Below are positions 1 to 12,487 of a stretch of DNA of 64,000 nucleotides, one piece after another. The notes under the pieces were generated by a model, which was not told the DNA's origin, did no database searches, and saw only the letters and a program-made list of their open reading frames with translations. The stretch comes from Felis catus. Its lineage: Eukaryota. The stretch spans positions 14,820,001 to 14,884,000 of the forward strand of contig NC_058383.1 of assembly GCF_018350175.1 (NCBI RefSeq), read 5' to 3'. The position numbers and the translations under genes are program-made. Position 1 is the first letter of the stretch. The number at the start of each line of letters is the position of its first letter.

Positions 1-774
1 ATTAGAGAATTATCTCTGGTTAAGACAAAAAAGCACATCAAGAAATTAAAGAAACCAGACTGTACTGGAGTAGTGTTTTACAAGTCTAACCACCAATTCA
101 ATGTCATTTGACAAATTATTTGATTCAGAGCTTAGTAGTAGTTGAGAACCCCTTCCCAAATTCCATAATCATGAACCGATCGTCACATATTATGATTAAA
201 GAACTAATACGAAAATGATTTGTAGCATTTTAATAATTTAAAGGCAGATGTTTGAAATGTCCCAAGAGATGTTACAAGATAGAAGTAAGAGCAAATTGAG
301 AAGCAGCGAACACAAATTCTCAGATGAAATCACTCTGTGCTAGTAAGGACAAGGGAACTGATAGGATCTAAACACATGAGGCAATCCTGCCAACCACTCT
401 GCAAGGTCCCTTGGAACCAGAGACAACACAGGGCTCAGGCAATACCAATGATGTCCTTTCTATGTGCCCCCAGGAAAAAAATTTTTTGTGAATCACAAGT
501 GGAGGAATATCATTTCCCCCAAATGTCAAACCGTTTCTAAGAAAAAAATTGGGAGATATTTCACTCGTCTAAATTTTAAGTGAGTATAGTTTTGATTCTT
601 TGGGGACTGGTATGGACCTCTACTTAGACATCCAGTCCAAGGAACACACGCCACTCCACCCCAGAAGAGATCTTCACATGCTGAACAGAAGCTCAAGGAT
701 TCAGATTCAAAAGTCAGTCCCCGGCACATGTTTACTGTCAAATTTCATCTTTAAAAAAAAAAATGCGTACTCAC

Positions 775-887
775 CTGCCAGAATATGCTGTCTATTGTGT
801 TTCCGAGAAAACCATCGCGACCTTCGGAAGACACGAGCTTGGGGCCAAGAATTGTCATGAATTCATCAAAGTCCACCTGGCCATCCC
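775..887 (-). CDS. CALN1: Calneuron-1 coding exon, 113 nt: EF-hand 2 loop and following helix
   Basis: Acceptor tttctccttccAG at 889-888 and donor CAG|GTGAGT at 775/774. Encodes (G)DGQVDFDEFMTILGPKLVSSEGRDGFLGNTIDSIFWQ. Splices in frame to the 63857 exon (G+GG = Gly), completing the EF loop DMDGDGQVDFDE. Confidence 0.96.
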
Positions 888-1331
888 CTGGAAGGAGAAA
901 ATAGAAATATGAGTTGAAAAGTAGTTGAAACTGACCTACTGTCCCCAATGAAATAAACATCGCCATGCTTTTCTTCTTGGCATGACCTCAGCCAATGAAG
1001 AGTTGAGAGCATTACTGAAAATTGTCCAGCTGTACATGATAGAAATTTCAGCTTTATCCTCATCACCCACATATAAATTTAGAGATCAAGCCTTTCCCTT
1101 CTTCCATACCTGTGCCTGCGCGATCTTCCTTGTCCATTCAATCGCCAGTCCCCTTCTGAAGATTGTGGTAGGAAAACGTTTCCAAGAATTAACGTTCCCA
1201 GTTATAATTATGTTACTACTGAGATGGCTGTCCGCCCTCACACTCTTACCGCCACACCGTCTCCCATACAGTTCTGAGTTTACACCCCCTCAAAGCATAA
1301 ATGATCATGCTTTTTAAACATCAGTGGCATC

Positions 1332-1551
1332 TTTTTTTTTTAAACATTTATTTATTTTTGAGACAGAGAGAAAGAAAGACAGAATGTGAGGGAGGGAGGG
1401 GCACAGAAAGAGGGAGACACAGAATCTGAAGCCGACTCCAGGCTCTGAGCTGTCAGCACAGAGCCTGACGTGGGGCTCGAACTCACAAACCATGAGATCA
1501 TGACCCGAGCCGAAGTTGGATGTTTAACCGACTGAGGCACCCAGGCACCCC
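1332..1551 (-). mobile_element. Can-SINE (tRNA-Lys-derived, SINEC_Fc-like)
   Basis: Reverse-complement GGGGTGCCTGGGTG head, (CT)n region and A tail. TSD catcagtgg on both sides. Confidence 0.95.
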
Positions 1552-1599
1552 AGCATCAGTGGTTTCCTTATCTTTGGCAAAGAACACAGTATGGCATTC

Positions 1600-1997
1600 A
1601 GGTCCCACTATCCCTTTCGCTGCCTTTTGTTCCCCACCCCTACACAAAATGCCATGCTCTCTCAGAACTTCATGCCCCTGTACATGCTGTTCCCTCTACC
1701 CAGGATGCCGTCTCCCCACTGGTCTACCTGATGAACATCATCAACTCATTCTCTAAGACGGAGCTTAAATATCAGGTTCTCTTTTTGTTTTTCTTTCTGA
1801 CCCTCATCTCACTGGACAGAGTTGGCCAAACTCGATCTATCATAGGCCCTATCAGTCCATGTCCCAGTCACTGGTTTGCATACCTATTTCCCACCTGCCA
1901 TCGTGAGCTCTGCAAGGTCACGGACCCAGTCTGAAACTTCTTTGCATATTCCACATGATGGCGGGTACTCAGTATGTACTTACAGAGTGAATGAATA
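1600..1997 (+). mobile_element. L2 3' end remnant
   Basis: L2-like motifs (catgctgttccctct..., gtgagctctgcaagg...) ending in gagtgaatgaat. Confidence 0.55.
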
Positions 1998-2216
1998 TCT
2001 CTTACTTGTTTTTTCTTTGCTCAGTTCAGCATCTTTCATGCGAGATCTGACACTGTCCACCAAAGGGTGGACTTGAGCCAACTTAGACAAAAGCAGGCCT
2101 TCAAGGTATTGTCTGAGCCCCAGTGACTCATCAGTGTGCCATTCTGTGCCCTTAGAACTGCTCAAGGGGGCGTCTCCACCAAGAGCTCTCCACATGTTAG
2201 CCCAGCTGGTGCAGAC

Positions 2217-2282
2217 GGCCCAGGTGTCTGCACACAAGTTTGGCAAAGTGCAGACGCATCAATCCATTCCCAGAGTGCAATC
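2217..2282 (+). repeat. Arm A of a 66-bp inverted duplication (partner 4716-4780)
   Basis: 55/66 identical to the reverse complement of 4716-4780 by manual alignment. Confidence 0.9.
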
Positions 2283-3019
2283 ACCTTCAAAGAGTCCTCG
2301 TTCAAAACCCATTTCAAAAAGCTGAGCAGATGTCATCATCAAGATGCCAATAATTCCGAAAAAGAAGTCCAGAAACAGATCGCGGTGTAGATAAAACACC
2401 CTAGGGGGTAAGGGAGGCGTGGAGAGTCAGTGGGGAAGGAAAGATTTAGTACCAAATGGATAGGACAGTCACTGGGCTACTGGAGGAAACTGATTTCCTT
2501 CTCACGGTGCAACACGACAGAGGCATCTAAAATTCCACCCTTACTGGTCATCGTGAGAAGGCTAATTCAAGCAACGATGAGTTACCATCTTACCTTTCAA
2601 ATTAGCAAAGGCTTCTAGAATGCTGGCAGAGATACAGAGAAGAGATGGGCTGTCTTATGCCTTCCTGGTACACTCATCCCGGATACTGGATACGGACTGA
2701 CAGTATTTTAGATGCTGGAACATGCTGATTCCTTTTGAGCTAATAACTTCACTTTTTAAAGAGAAATACGAGGCAAGGAAACTATCTTAAATGCAGACCA
2801 ACATATTTGCCCCCAGATAGTCCTCCAGTATTTGTGAAAGTGGGAAGTTGGAAGCGTAGGAAAAGAAGGGCCCAGTCTTCCTGGCCATCACACTGAGCTA
2901 GCTCCATGTGGCTCCAAGTCTCAGACAGAGGCACACTCGTTATCCGCCTGCGTCGACCCTCTGCTCACCCTGAGTCACCCTTGCTTGTCTGGTGACAGAT
3001 GGCCAAAGAATCTCAGACT

Positions 3020-3225
3020 AGAATATGCATTCTCTATAGATATGGTATCACCCTTGATGAGGTGAAAATTGATTCCTAGGAGATAATCTTAGATGTTACA
3101 ATGGTTTGTGACCCTCTTAGGGTCTTAGTACATAAGCAGATATACAAATCATCTGTGCTATTAATATCCCATGGGGTAAGGCACTAGGGGAACAAATGTC
3201 TTAAAAGTCTCCTTGTAGTGGGGTG
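3020..3225. mobile_element. Probable non-autonomous hAT/Charlie-type (MER) DNA transposon remnant
   Basis: Resembles a recalled MER consensus (aatcttagatgttacaatggtttgtgaccctc...cagatatac...). Family not determined. Confidence 0.4.
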
Positions 3226-4559
3226 GCTCTGAAGAAGGAGGAGAAAGAGATGGAGAAGGAAGAGCAAAAGAAAGGTCCAGAAACACTGGACAAGAAGATG
3301 CCCCAAGTACTACAGTTCCCCTTCCCCAGCCCTCCTTCTGGACTATTGTTCTATTAGCAGTGGGCATCATCCCAACTGTCTGTCACCTGAGGCAACATCT
3401 AACATCTAACATTAGAAGCTCAAGGGCATGGATCATTTTTTACAAAGCCCTATGACCTTAACTAAAATGTGTTCACCAAGCCGGGTCCCTCAAGCCCCTG
3501 GCCATAGTGTAGTGAGAGCTGCTTTCTCTCACTTGGAAGACTAATTGGGGGGCGGGGGGTGGCCCATAGGATGTGGTGGGGCACCTGATTCTCAGAGCCA
3601 GGAGAATCAGGGCTGTCTTTGAACAGTCTGCTTTCCAGGTAGGAGGACAGAGACCATTCACCTCTCTGAAACCTCCCCTCCCCCACAGGGTGATGGGAGT
3701 GGGGCAGTGCAGAACTGGTATATGCCAAGGGTCCACACGGAATTGTGGCCAAAGTCCTCAGGGAGTGTTCACAGATGGTGCCCTTGGCTGAGAACACCAA
3801 GCCCGAAACTGACCAGCAGAAATGGCCTCCGTGGCAGGAGCAGCCCATCCACCACTCAGATCCTTGACCAGAGAGAAAGTTCTGGGGAAGGGGGGAATAC
3901 GGTCCTATGGGCAGTGCTAACTGCAGTGCAGGAATACAGACTTTCTCAGCACAGACTTTCTGTGACTTGGAGGGGAGATCCAGTTCGTGGGAGAATTTGC
4001 TTCTACCTATTTAAGAGAAGACATTTGGGACTTCAGAGTTTTTTTGTGATCAAAATATGATCCCCCTTGTCCCCCCACCATTTTTTTTTTACTGTTATGG
4101 AGCAAAGGGAGATTCCTGCAAGCCTACACATGGCAGAAACAATCGAGGTGGGACCCCGTCACCTCTCTTAGGATTTTCAGCTTTGGCTCCTGAGTAAGTG
4201 CATACGTAGCACATTTTCTGTAGACCTACCGTAAATGAAGACCCCTTCTCATAATGCACAGCTCAGCCCCAGTCCAACAAGTAGTACAAAGTTTTATTAT
4301 GATTGAGACTGAGGAAAAGCTCTCTTCAGCAGATCCCAGTTTACTGGACAAACAGAACTGGGAACACCCCATAAGCTATCAACGCTGCTCCCAGAAGTGT
4401 GGCCCCACATCGCCAACCCCCCCCCCCACTCCATCCATCCCAGGAAAACTGAGACAAATAGAATCTCAGAGGGAAGTCTTTCATTAAGTCCCTTATGCGA
4501 AAACCATTCCCAGGCAGAAGCAAGGTCCGGAAGGTCTGATGACAATCAAAATATCTCCC

Positions 4560-4740
4560 TTTTACTGAGCACCCACTACGTGGTGGGCATTGCTTACAGA
4601 AATTTCCATACCCTAGTTCACTGAAGTCTTCCAGCAGCCCATTTCCACAGAGGGGGAAACAGAGGCACGGAGAGGTTCAGTGTCTTGCAGAAACTCACAC
4701 AGGGAGCAGATCTGGGATTCCACTCTGGGAGTAGACTGAC
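4560..4740 (-). mobile_element. MIR SINE
   Basis: MIR core cccatttccacagagggggaaacagaggcacggagaggttcag. Confidence 0.75.
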
Positions 4741-4780
4741 GTATCTACACTTTGATAAATTGTGTGCAGACACCTGGGCC
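4716..4780 (-). repeat. Arm B of the 66-bp inverted duplication (partner 2217-2282)
   Basis: Reverse complement reads ggcccaggtgtctgcacacaatttatcaaagtgtagatacgtcagtctactcccagagtggaatc. Confidence 0.9.
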
Positions 4781-4989
4781 TCCTCTGGGGAAGCAGGGTT
4801 GTGGTTGGACTCCGTCTGGAACATTTCTTTCCCTGACCCCGGCACTGCCCGGCAGGGGATGGCTATGGCTGCCTGGTACATAGAGGCAAAACGAAATCAA
4901 AATTGCTCCCTCTGGTCTAGCTAATGGGCTTCAGCTCAACGACTAAGAGATCTTTCTTAATCGTTGAAAAGAGTCACAATAAGTAAGAG

Positions 4990-5200
4990 GAAGTATTTAT
5001 TTAACACGTGCTCTATGCCAGATGCTGAGCTCAGGGCTTTGTGTTTATCATCTTGTCTGCTTCAACCCCAGCGCGATGAACAGATTCTCCTCTTCCACGT
5101 TTTACCCATGAGAAGATGTAGGCAAGAAGGGGTTAAAAGGAGATTGCGGCCCCACAGCTCGTGTGTGGCCGCAGAGGGGCTCCGCCTGGGCTCCGTGATA
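4990..5200 (-). mobile_element. MIR SINE
   Basis: tatttatttaacacgtgctctatgccagatgctgagc...ccacgttttacccatgagaagatgtaggc core. Confidence 0.65.
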
Positions 5201-6083
5201 TCAGCCTCCACATTGTCCAGTTGCCTGCGCATCAGAGACCCCGGGACAAGTCCCAGTACAGGCTCGAGTCTGCACGCTTTGAGAACATAAAAGGTCTTCC
5301 TAGCTGGCCACTTAGGAAGGAATGTAGCGGGAAATTGGGCGAGATGGCCTTCAGGGACCTTAATACAAACGAGCATTGCCTAAAAGCCATTTCTTCCCCA
5401 AATTGCCACTCGGCCTGCAGTTGGGGGTCTCGGTGATTCTCCTTGGATGGTCAACTCCCAGCGGACCCAGGCCTCTCGCATACGACCCTCCAGGCATCCG
5501 AAACCTCTTCCGCTGAAAAGAACTGCTCTAATAAACGAGGCCTGTCCAGGCCTGGCCCGGTGACATGGGATTGCCATTCTGGAGTCACCTGCCCCCAGAG
5601 ACAAAGGTGGGCGGCTTCCCAGACCCGCCACATGTCATGGAATGTGACAGACTGAACAAGCGCTCTCCCTTTGGTGAAATTATTTCACGAATCTCGAGCG
5701 AGAGAGCACCTGCAGGATGAGAAGACGGCATTCACTCCTGGCCTCATCTTCCTTTCTCAGGCTTCCAGATATCACGATGCATTTAGTAAAAAGGGCAGGA
5801 AGAGAACCCTGCCAAGGACTGAGTCCTGTTTCGTCCCCCCGCCATGGATGTCAAAGCAATGCACTTGAAACTGGGGCAGGAAGCCTCAGGAGGGTCAGGA
5901 CCACACATCGTTCGTTAAGACCAACCAGCTGAAAGATTCACAATGAGGCGAAATTATAGTAAAAATCATTGCCGAATACAAGGAAGGAAAGGACTACACA
6001 CGAAAAGGGGGTGGGCTCCGAACAGGGACACGGGTTAGGAGGAAGACACAAATGTCTGACTCCACTGACATCATTTAACCACA

Positions 6084-6290
6084 GGGGCGCCTGGGTGGCT
6101 CAGTCGGCTGAGCGGCCAACTGCCGCTCAGGTCACGATCTCGCGGTCCGTGGGTTCGAGGCCCGCGTCGGGCTCTGCGCTGACAGTGCGGAGCCTGCTTG
6201 GGATTCTCTCTCTCTCCCTCTCTCTGACCCTCCCTCACGCCCCGTCACTCTCGAAATAAATACGTGAACTTAAAAAAATAAATAAAAAAA
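6084..6290 (+). mobile_element. Can-SINE
   Basis: ggggcgcctgggtggctcagtcgg head, CT-rich region, A-rich tail. Confidence 0.95.
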
Positions 6291-8201
6291 GAGAGAAATC
6301 AATTAACTGCATTCCGAAAGCATGCCTGCAAAAGGCCAGGTGTGGGGGCTGTTTTCTGTAGGGCAAAAGAGAGAGGAATAAGGCACAGGCTTACCCTCTG
6401 GGAGCCTGCAGTCTGTTACCCAGGACAGAATCAAGTGGGTGCTGTGATTGACCTAAAAGTAATGTGCCAAGGCAGGACAAGGGCAGAAGTAAAGGCCCCA
6501 GTTAGGAAATTCTCAGTGGCTCAGCAGTGAGCCTCTACCGAGGAGAAGGATTCTAACAGGCTGGAAGGGGTGATGAGGTGTGCCGCCTGAGTAACACGGG
6601 GGACACCGGAAAGGAGGCAGGATGGCCAGGAGCAGCGGCCGCCCTCCCTTCCTGCTGGTTCCTGCAGGAGAGAAGCCCCCGCATGTTCCTGATGCCAGTC
6701 AGGGGAACGTGTCCCAGTCAGGAAGAGGGAGCATGAGCACACGGCCCACCGTTGGTCAGTGGGAACAGTGCTGGCTGGACGGGGCAGTGCCGGCTTAGAA
6801 GGGGTGTTCCGTAAGACAACAGGAGAGGAAGGCCAGGGTAGAAATGGGGTGGGTGGGGGGGGGAGGTGGAGAAGACCGGAGCCGGGGGAATGCATTTCCA
6901 GCGCAACTGACAAGACCTGGAAGGACCAGAAGGGGAAGAGGCGATGATGACCCTGAGGTTTGAATCTGGGACACCTGGCAGACGATGGAGATCATTAGGA
7001 ATGATGGAGAAGTCAGGAGGAGCGGGTCTTTGGGACATGCTGGCTTTGCGGTGGTGGCGGGGTGGGAGGTGAGAGCCTAAAAGCTAAAAACGAGGATCTA
7101 AAAGACTTCAGGACCTATGGACGGATTACTAAGATCTTTAAGACAGACTCTCAAGGGAAAAGAGCAGGTGTGGAACTATTATCATAATATGCTACGATCT
7201 GGATTAACAAGGGGGTCAAGGAGGAGATATACTCCTATTTGCTTAAATATTTATCCCCCCTCCTGCTCCCCCGCAAAAAAAAAATACTAATAATAGTTAC
7301 TGGTTTCTTCATGTGTGAGTCTGGGCAGACAGGCAAGGCACAGGAAAGGGACAGCATCTCACTATATATTTTCTCATACCTTTTTGATCTTTGAACCACC
7401 TGCTCAAAGAATAATGAAACCATGAAGTCTGTCTTCAGTATCCTTCGGGATGAATTCATCAAGAGCAGAGGGGGAGGGAAAGAAGGGGGCAAAGGAAGAC
7501 CAAGAAGGGCCTCGGGAGAGCCCACGCAGCTGGTGTCTTGGATGCCCTGGCCTCCACGGGAGGCAAGCAGGAACCACTTTACTTTCTCCCAATTCCCTGT
7601 CCAAGCTCCCCTGTCTTACAGCTCTCTCCTGGCTCTGGGGGAAGCCCTGGGCTGGTCCTGTAGATTTGTTATTGACTCTCAGGAATCAGAAGCCCAGTCC
7701 AGGCTACCGACCGTGTTGACTCCAGACCTGCCTTAGTAGAAAAAGCATCTTCCCCCTCCTTGGACTGGGGCCTGACCTAACCTAGTGGTCTGCAACAGAC
7801 AAGAGGAATAGGTACATTTCCTCGGTCCTTCCTAGGTCCACCTCCGTCCCCACCATCCAGCTATGGTTTCTGGCCTCACCTGGGTTGGAAACGGCCAAGG
7901 TGGAGGGGGAAGGGAAAGAGGCATCTCAAGCTATAGTTTCTCCAAGTGGGCTATGCCTCTCTTCCCTTTGGCGGGTTATAAGCCCCCTGGCCTTCCGGTG
8001 GTCTCCCCCTCCATCGGGATGCTATCAGTCCCACAGATGGTCCTCAAGGCAACCCTAAACCGACTGCTTTGCTGCTGCGTTAGGCAGCTCTTCCCAAGGC
8101 GGCCCGGCTGTCTCTGCTCGGCTGCCCGGATCAGGGAGCAGCTCCAGTCCAGGTCTGTAGGTGTTTCTCGTGTGGGGGGGTGCGTTTCCAGATATTCTCA
8201 T

Positions 8202-8444
8202 GGAACGCAAACTGGTGCAGCCACTTTCCATACTGTGGAAAACAGTGTGGAGGTGCCTCAAAAAGTTAAAAATAGGACTGCCTTATCCAGCAATTGTATT
8301 ACTAGGTATTTACCCAAAGAATCCAGAAATACTAATTCAAAGGGATACACACACCCCGATATTTGCAGCAGCACTATCTACAACAGCCAAACCATGGAAA
8401 CAGCCCAAGTGTCCATCAACTGATGAATGGGTAAGGAAGATGTG

Positions 8445-8489
<45 letters not shown>

Positions 8490-8892
8490 GGAGTATTACT
8501 CGGCCATAAAAAAGAATGCAATCTCGCCATTTGCAACAACAAGTTGGAGCTAGAGCGTATTATGCTAAGTGAGATACGTCAGTCAGAGAAATACAAATAC
8601 TATATGGTTTAACTCCTATGTAGAATTTAATACATGAAACAAATGAGCAAAGGAGAAAGGGAGAGAGAGACACACACACACACCAAGAAGCAGACGCTTC
8701 ACTATAGAGAACTAACTGAGGGTTACCAGAGGGGAAGGTGGGAGGGGGGTGGGTGAACTAGGCGGTGGGGATTAAGGAATGCACCTATAACGGGTACTGG
8801 GGACTGTTTGGAAATGTTGAATCACTGTATTGTACACCTGAAACTAATACCAAACTGTATGTGAACTAACTGGAATTCGAAGAAAAACAAAA
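8202..8892 (+). mobile_element. Carnivore L1 3' fragment (ORF2 C-terminus, 3'UTR, tail)
   Basis: ORF 8161-8553 contains [31 protein letters not shown] and YYSAIKKN, followed by an L1 3'UTR with G-rich tract. Confidence 0.92.
8447..8487. repeat. (AC)20 microsatellite
   Basis: Direct read. Confidence 0.97.
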
Positions 8893-8899
8893 CAATTGG

Positions 8900-9680
8900 A
8901 AACCTTAGGTTTGCAAAACAAGTTTAAAAATGTATTAGTTGTAGTTACACAAAGTATCCCATAATGTTTATTTATTTTATATTTGTTGCTATATATCTTT
9001 CCTCAGTTGTAATTTTATTTGCACTCTTCTAGATTTGATACGCCAGTCATTTATGTTTCATAGTTTTTCCCCAGAAATTTGGTCTTTTTTTATACACTGG
9101 TTACGATACGTATACAGGTGTGTATTTTCCAATTAATTAATTCTGCCCTCACTCCAATTTTACTGTATCTTACCCCATTATTTTTATGTCTAACTTTTTT
9201 CTAAATTTTTCTTTGAATGTTTTCTTTCGTTTTTTCCACAATCTTGTAAAATAATGAAATTATTTTTAATGCTTTGAGTTTACCTCTGGGGAAAGCTTTG
9301 ATCAATACCTACATATTTGAGATATGTAACATTCTTGTCATTTTCTTTAAAATTTATCTTGAATTTGCATTTTTTTTTTCCTAATTTGTATTCTTTATTG
9401 ATCAGGAGAGTGTTTTCCAACTGCAGAGAGGTTTAGGGACTTCTGTTTAAATGTTGATTACTATTAAATCCTGCTTTCTTTGGGTTTGAATAGGAGAATG
9501 TGGCCTGCTAATATCAGTTCTAGAGAGATAGGTGATGTTTCTTCTGTAATTTTGCATATAATCCTGTATTTATAAATGTTTCACAAATATTTTGAGAGGT
9601 ACAACGTTTGTTAGCTGCAGCAGTCAGTATACGGCCGATGACTTACTTATTGCGATTGTATTGCTTGGATTATCATTTTG
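8900..9680 (-). mobile_element. Ancient L1 ORF2 (EN to Z region) remnant
   Basis: Reverse complement resembles the L1 consensus ...gaatactatgaacaact...aaatttgaaaaccta. T-rich on the plus strand. Confidence 0.6.
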
Positions 9681-9729
9681 GAAGCCAACACCGCCTAACT
9701 CAAAGAGCAAATGTTGTGGAGTCAAGATC

Positions 9730-9930
9730 AACCAGGGTTCAAGCCTGGGTTTCGTCTCAATCAACGGTGCGGTCAGTTATGGGTGACGTTATCTGGACCT
9801 CCTTCGTGCCTTCATGAAATGGACACACTCATCTCTACCTTTCAGTGTTGTTGACAGAGATAAATGAGGCCCCTTAAGTCAAATCCCTTCGCAATGCTCC
9901 TGGCCTGCAGTTGGTCACAATAAGTGGCAA
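9730..9930 (+). mobile_element. MIR SINE
   Basis: ccagggttcaagcctggg...cctccttcgtgccttcatgaaatggac...atctacct. Confidence 0.55.
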
Positions 9931-11069
9931 CTCTTATTAAGTTTTGTCTACTTGATCCGCTCTTAACTGATAGAATATCAGACAGTCTTATCTCTTTCAG
10001 CTCAGGAAAATGTCTTATGATTCTTTTGAGTATTCCCATGCTATTCTTTCTTGTGAAATTCAGGTCTCCAATTTCTGTTTTTCAACTCTATCATTTTCTC
10101 TTTCATCATTTTATTTTTCTCTTATTTCCCTCTGTCTTTACTTAGAGTAAGTTAGGGCTGTAGGTTATTCATAGAGTTGTCTCTGCAATTGCTTCCCCAC
10201 CCCCAACGTAATAGGTTTTCCAAAGAGCATTGATGTTCACCTACATAAAATGAATACACTAATGTATTACTTCTCACGTAACACATAGAGGAGTGTACTA
10301 AGTACAACTGCATTAAGTAGAACACTGTTAGTGTTCTCATGTATTCTACTCACTGAAGCTGGGTCTCTCTTTCTTCCATTTGTGCCTCAAGATCTTATCT
10401 TCTCACCTCATCCTCCAATGTCCTTGTCTGTGGAGGGCTGTTTTCACCTACCAGGTTGGGAATACAAAGCAGGTATTCCTTAAACTTTTTTCTTTCTCTA
10501 TAGTGAACAATTTCCGGAAGGAGATTTTTTTTTTGTTTGGGTATCCAGAATAATGTCCCTCTCCTTTTTGTACCAATCCTTGTATTTTCTTCACTTTCAA
10601 TTCCGTGGGTCCCAGTGTTGCCAACCATCAGCATGTATGGATGCCACTGACCACCTTTGAATACTCCAGTTGTGAGGTCAAAGTTTGCAATGCCTAGTGC
10701 AGTTTCTGGTGTCTAGTAAGTATTCAGTAAAAGAATTCTGAACAGAGTTTGCTCTCCTGCCTCCATTCACCAATGCTCTAAATCTGGTGAGAAGTTATGG
10801 TTGAAGAATTATGATCAAGAAGCAGTATATTAAAAAATGACAACCACTCCCAAGACTTGTTACACTTTGGGTTTCTACTGTCTCCAGCCTGCTTAGGGCA
10901 CTGCAGAGGAGACTGGAGCTTGCAGCCCCCACACCCACCATAGTGCTGCCTGTGGCTGGAGCTTTTGTCCGTGTGATATTCTGGGGTCGTGCCTACAAAT
11001 GGAGGACAAAAGGAGGTACCATGGAGGAAGGGACAAGGGAAAATAAGAGATGGGAACAAGATACCATGC

Positions 11070-11262
11070 TTTTTTTTTAATGTTTAGTTTTTAGAGAGAG
11101 AGAGCAGAGGAGGTGCAGGGACAGAGGGGGCAGGGGACAGAGGATCCAAAGTGGGTTCTGTGCTGACAGCAAACAGCCCATGCGGGGCTTGAACTCACAG
11201 GCTGTGAGCTCATGACCTGAGCCGAATTTGGACCCTCAACTGATTGAGCCACCCAGGTGCCC
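11070..11262 (-). mobile_element. Can-SINE
   Basis: T tail at 11070 and head ...gagccacccaggtgcccc. Abuts an L1 fragment. Confidence 0.93.
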
Positions 11263-11263
11263 C

Positions 11264-12486
11264 TCTCATGTTGTTGATTTTAGCCATTCTGGCAGGTATG
11301 AGGTGATAGTCCTTTTGATCTGCATTTCCCTGACGATCGTGATATCGGGCATCTTTTCATGTGTCTGTTGGCCATCTGTATGTCTTCTTTGGAAAAATGT
11401 CTATTCATGTCTTCTGCCCATTTTTAATTGGATTACTTATTTTGGGGGTATTGAGTTTTATAGGTTCTTTATATATTTTGGATACCAACCCTTTATCAGA
11501 TGTGTCATTTGCAAATATGTTCTCCCATTCTATAGGCTGCCTTTTAGTTTTGTTGATTGCTTTCTTTGCTGTGCAGAAGCTTTTTATTTTGACGAGGTCC
11601 CAATAGTTTATTTTTGCTTTTGTTTCCCTTCCCTGGGGAGATATATCTAGAAAGAAGTTGCTAAGGCTGATGTCAAAGAAGTTACTGCCTGTGTTCTCTT
11701 CTAGGATTCTTATGGTTTCCTTTTTCACATTTAGGTCTTTAATCCATTTTGAAGTTATTTTTGTGTACGGTGTAAGAAAGTGGTCCAGTTTCATTCTTCT
11801 GCATGTCGCTGTCCAGTTTTCTCAACACCATTTGCTGAAGAGGCTTTTTCCCCATTGGATATTCTTTCCTGCTTTGTTGAAGATTAATTGACCATATAGT
11901 TGTGGGTTAATTTCTGTGTTTTCTTTTCTATTTCATTGACCTAGGTGTCTATTTTTGTGCCAGAACCGTACGGTTTGATAACTTGAAGTCTGGAATTGTG
12001 GTGCCTTCAGCTTTGCTTTGCTTTGTCAAAATTGCTTTGATTATTTGGGGTCTTTTGCGGTTCCATACGAATTTTAAGAAAGTTTGTTCTAACTCTGCGA
12101 AAAATGCTGTTGGTAGTTTGATAGGGATTGCATTAAATGTGTAGATAGCTCTTGGTAGTACAGACATTTTAAGAATATTTCTTCTTCCAATCCATGAACA
12201 TGGAATGTCTTTCCCTTTCTTTGGTTCATCTTCAATTTCTTTCATCAGTGCTCTCTAGTTTTCAGAGTACAGGCCTTTCACCTCTTGGTTAGGTTTATTC
12301 CTGGCTATCTTAAATCTTCTTGTTTCTGGTGCAACTGTAAATGAGATTGATTCCTTCATTTCTCTTTCTGCTGCTTCACTATTGTTTTATAGAAATGCAA
12401 CATATTTCTGTACATTGATTTTGCATCCTGCGACTTTACTGATTTTGTGTATTCGTTCTAGAAGTTTTCTGGTGGAGTCTTTCAGG
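11264..12486 (-). mobile_element. Carnivore L1 ORF2 internal fragment (truncated at both ends)
   Basis: ORF 11949-12245 ([27 protein letters not shown]) and ORF 11405-11794 ([22 protein letters not shown]). Confidence 0.95.
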
Positions 12487-12487
12487 T

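Noticed and set aside
1352..1540. Recurrent small ORFs of the type AQSVK.PTSAQVMIS...
   Set aside because: They are translations of Can-SINE copies, not a protein family.
7863..8423. 186-aa ORF
   Set aside because: It joins unique sequence to an off-frame L1 3' fragment, with no coherent protein signal.
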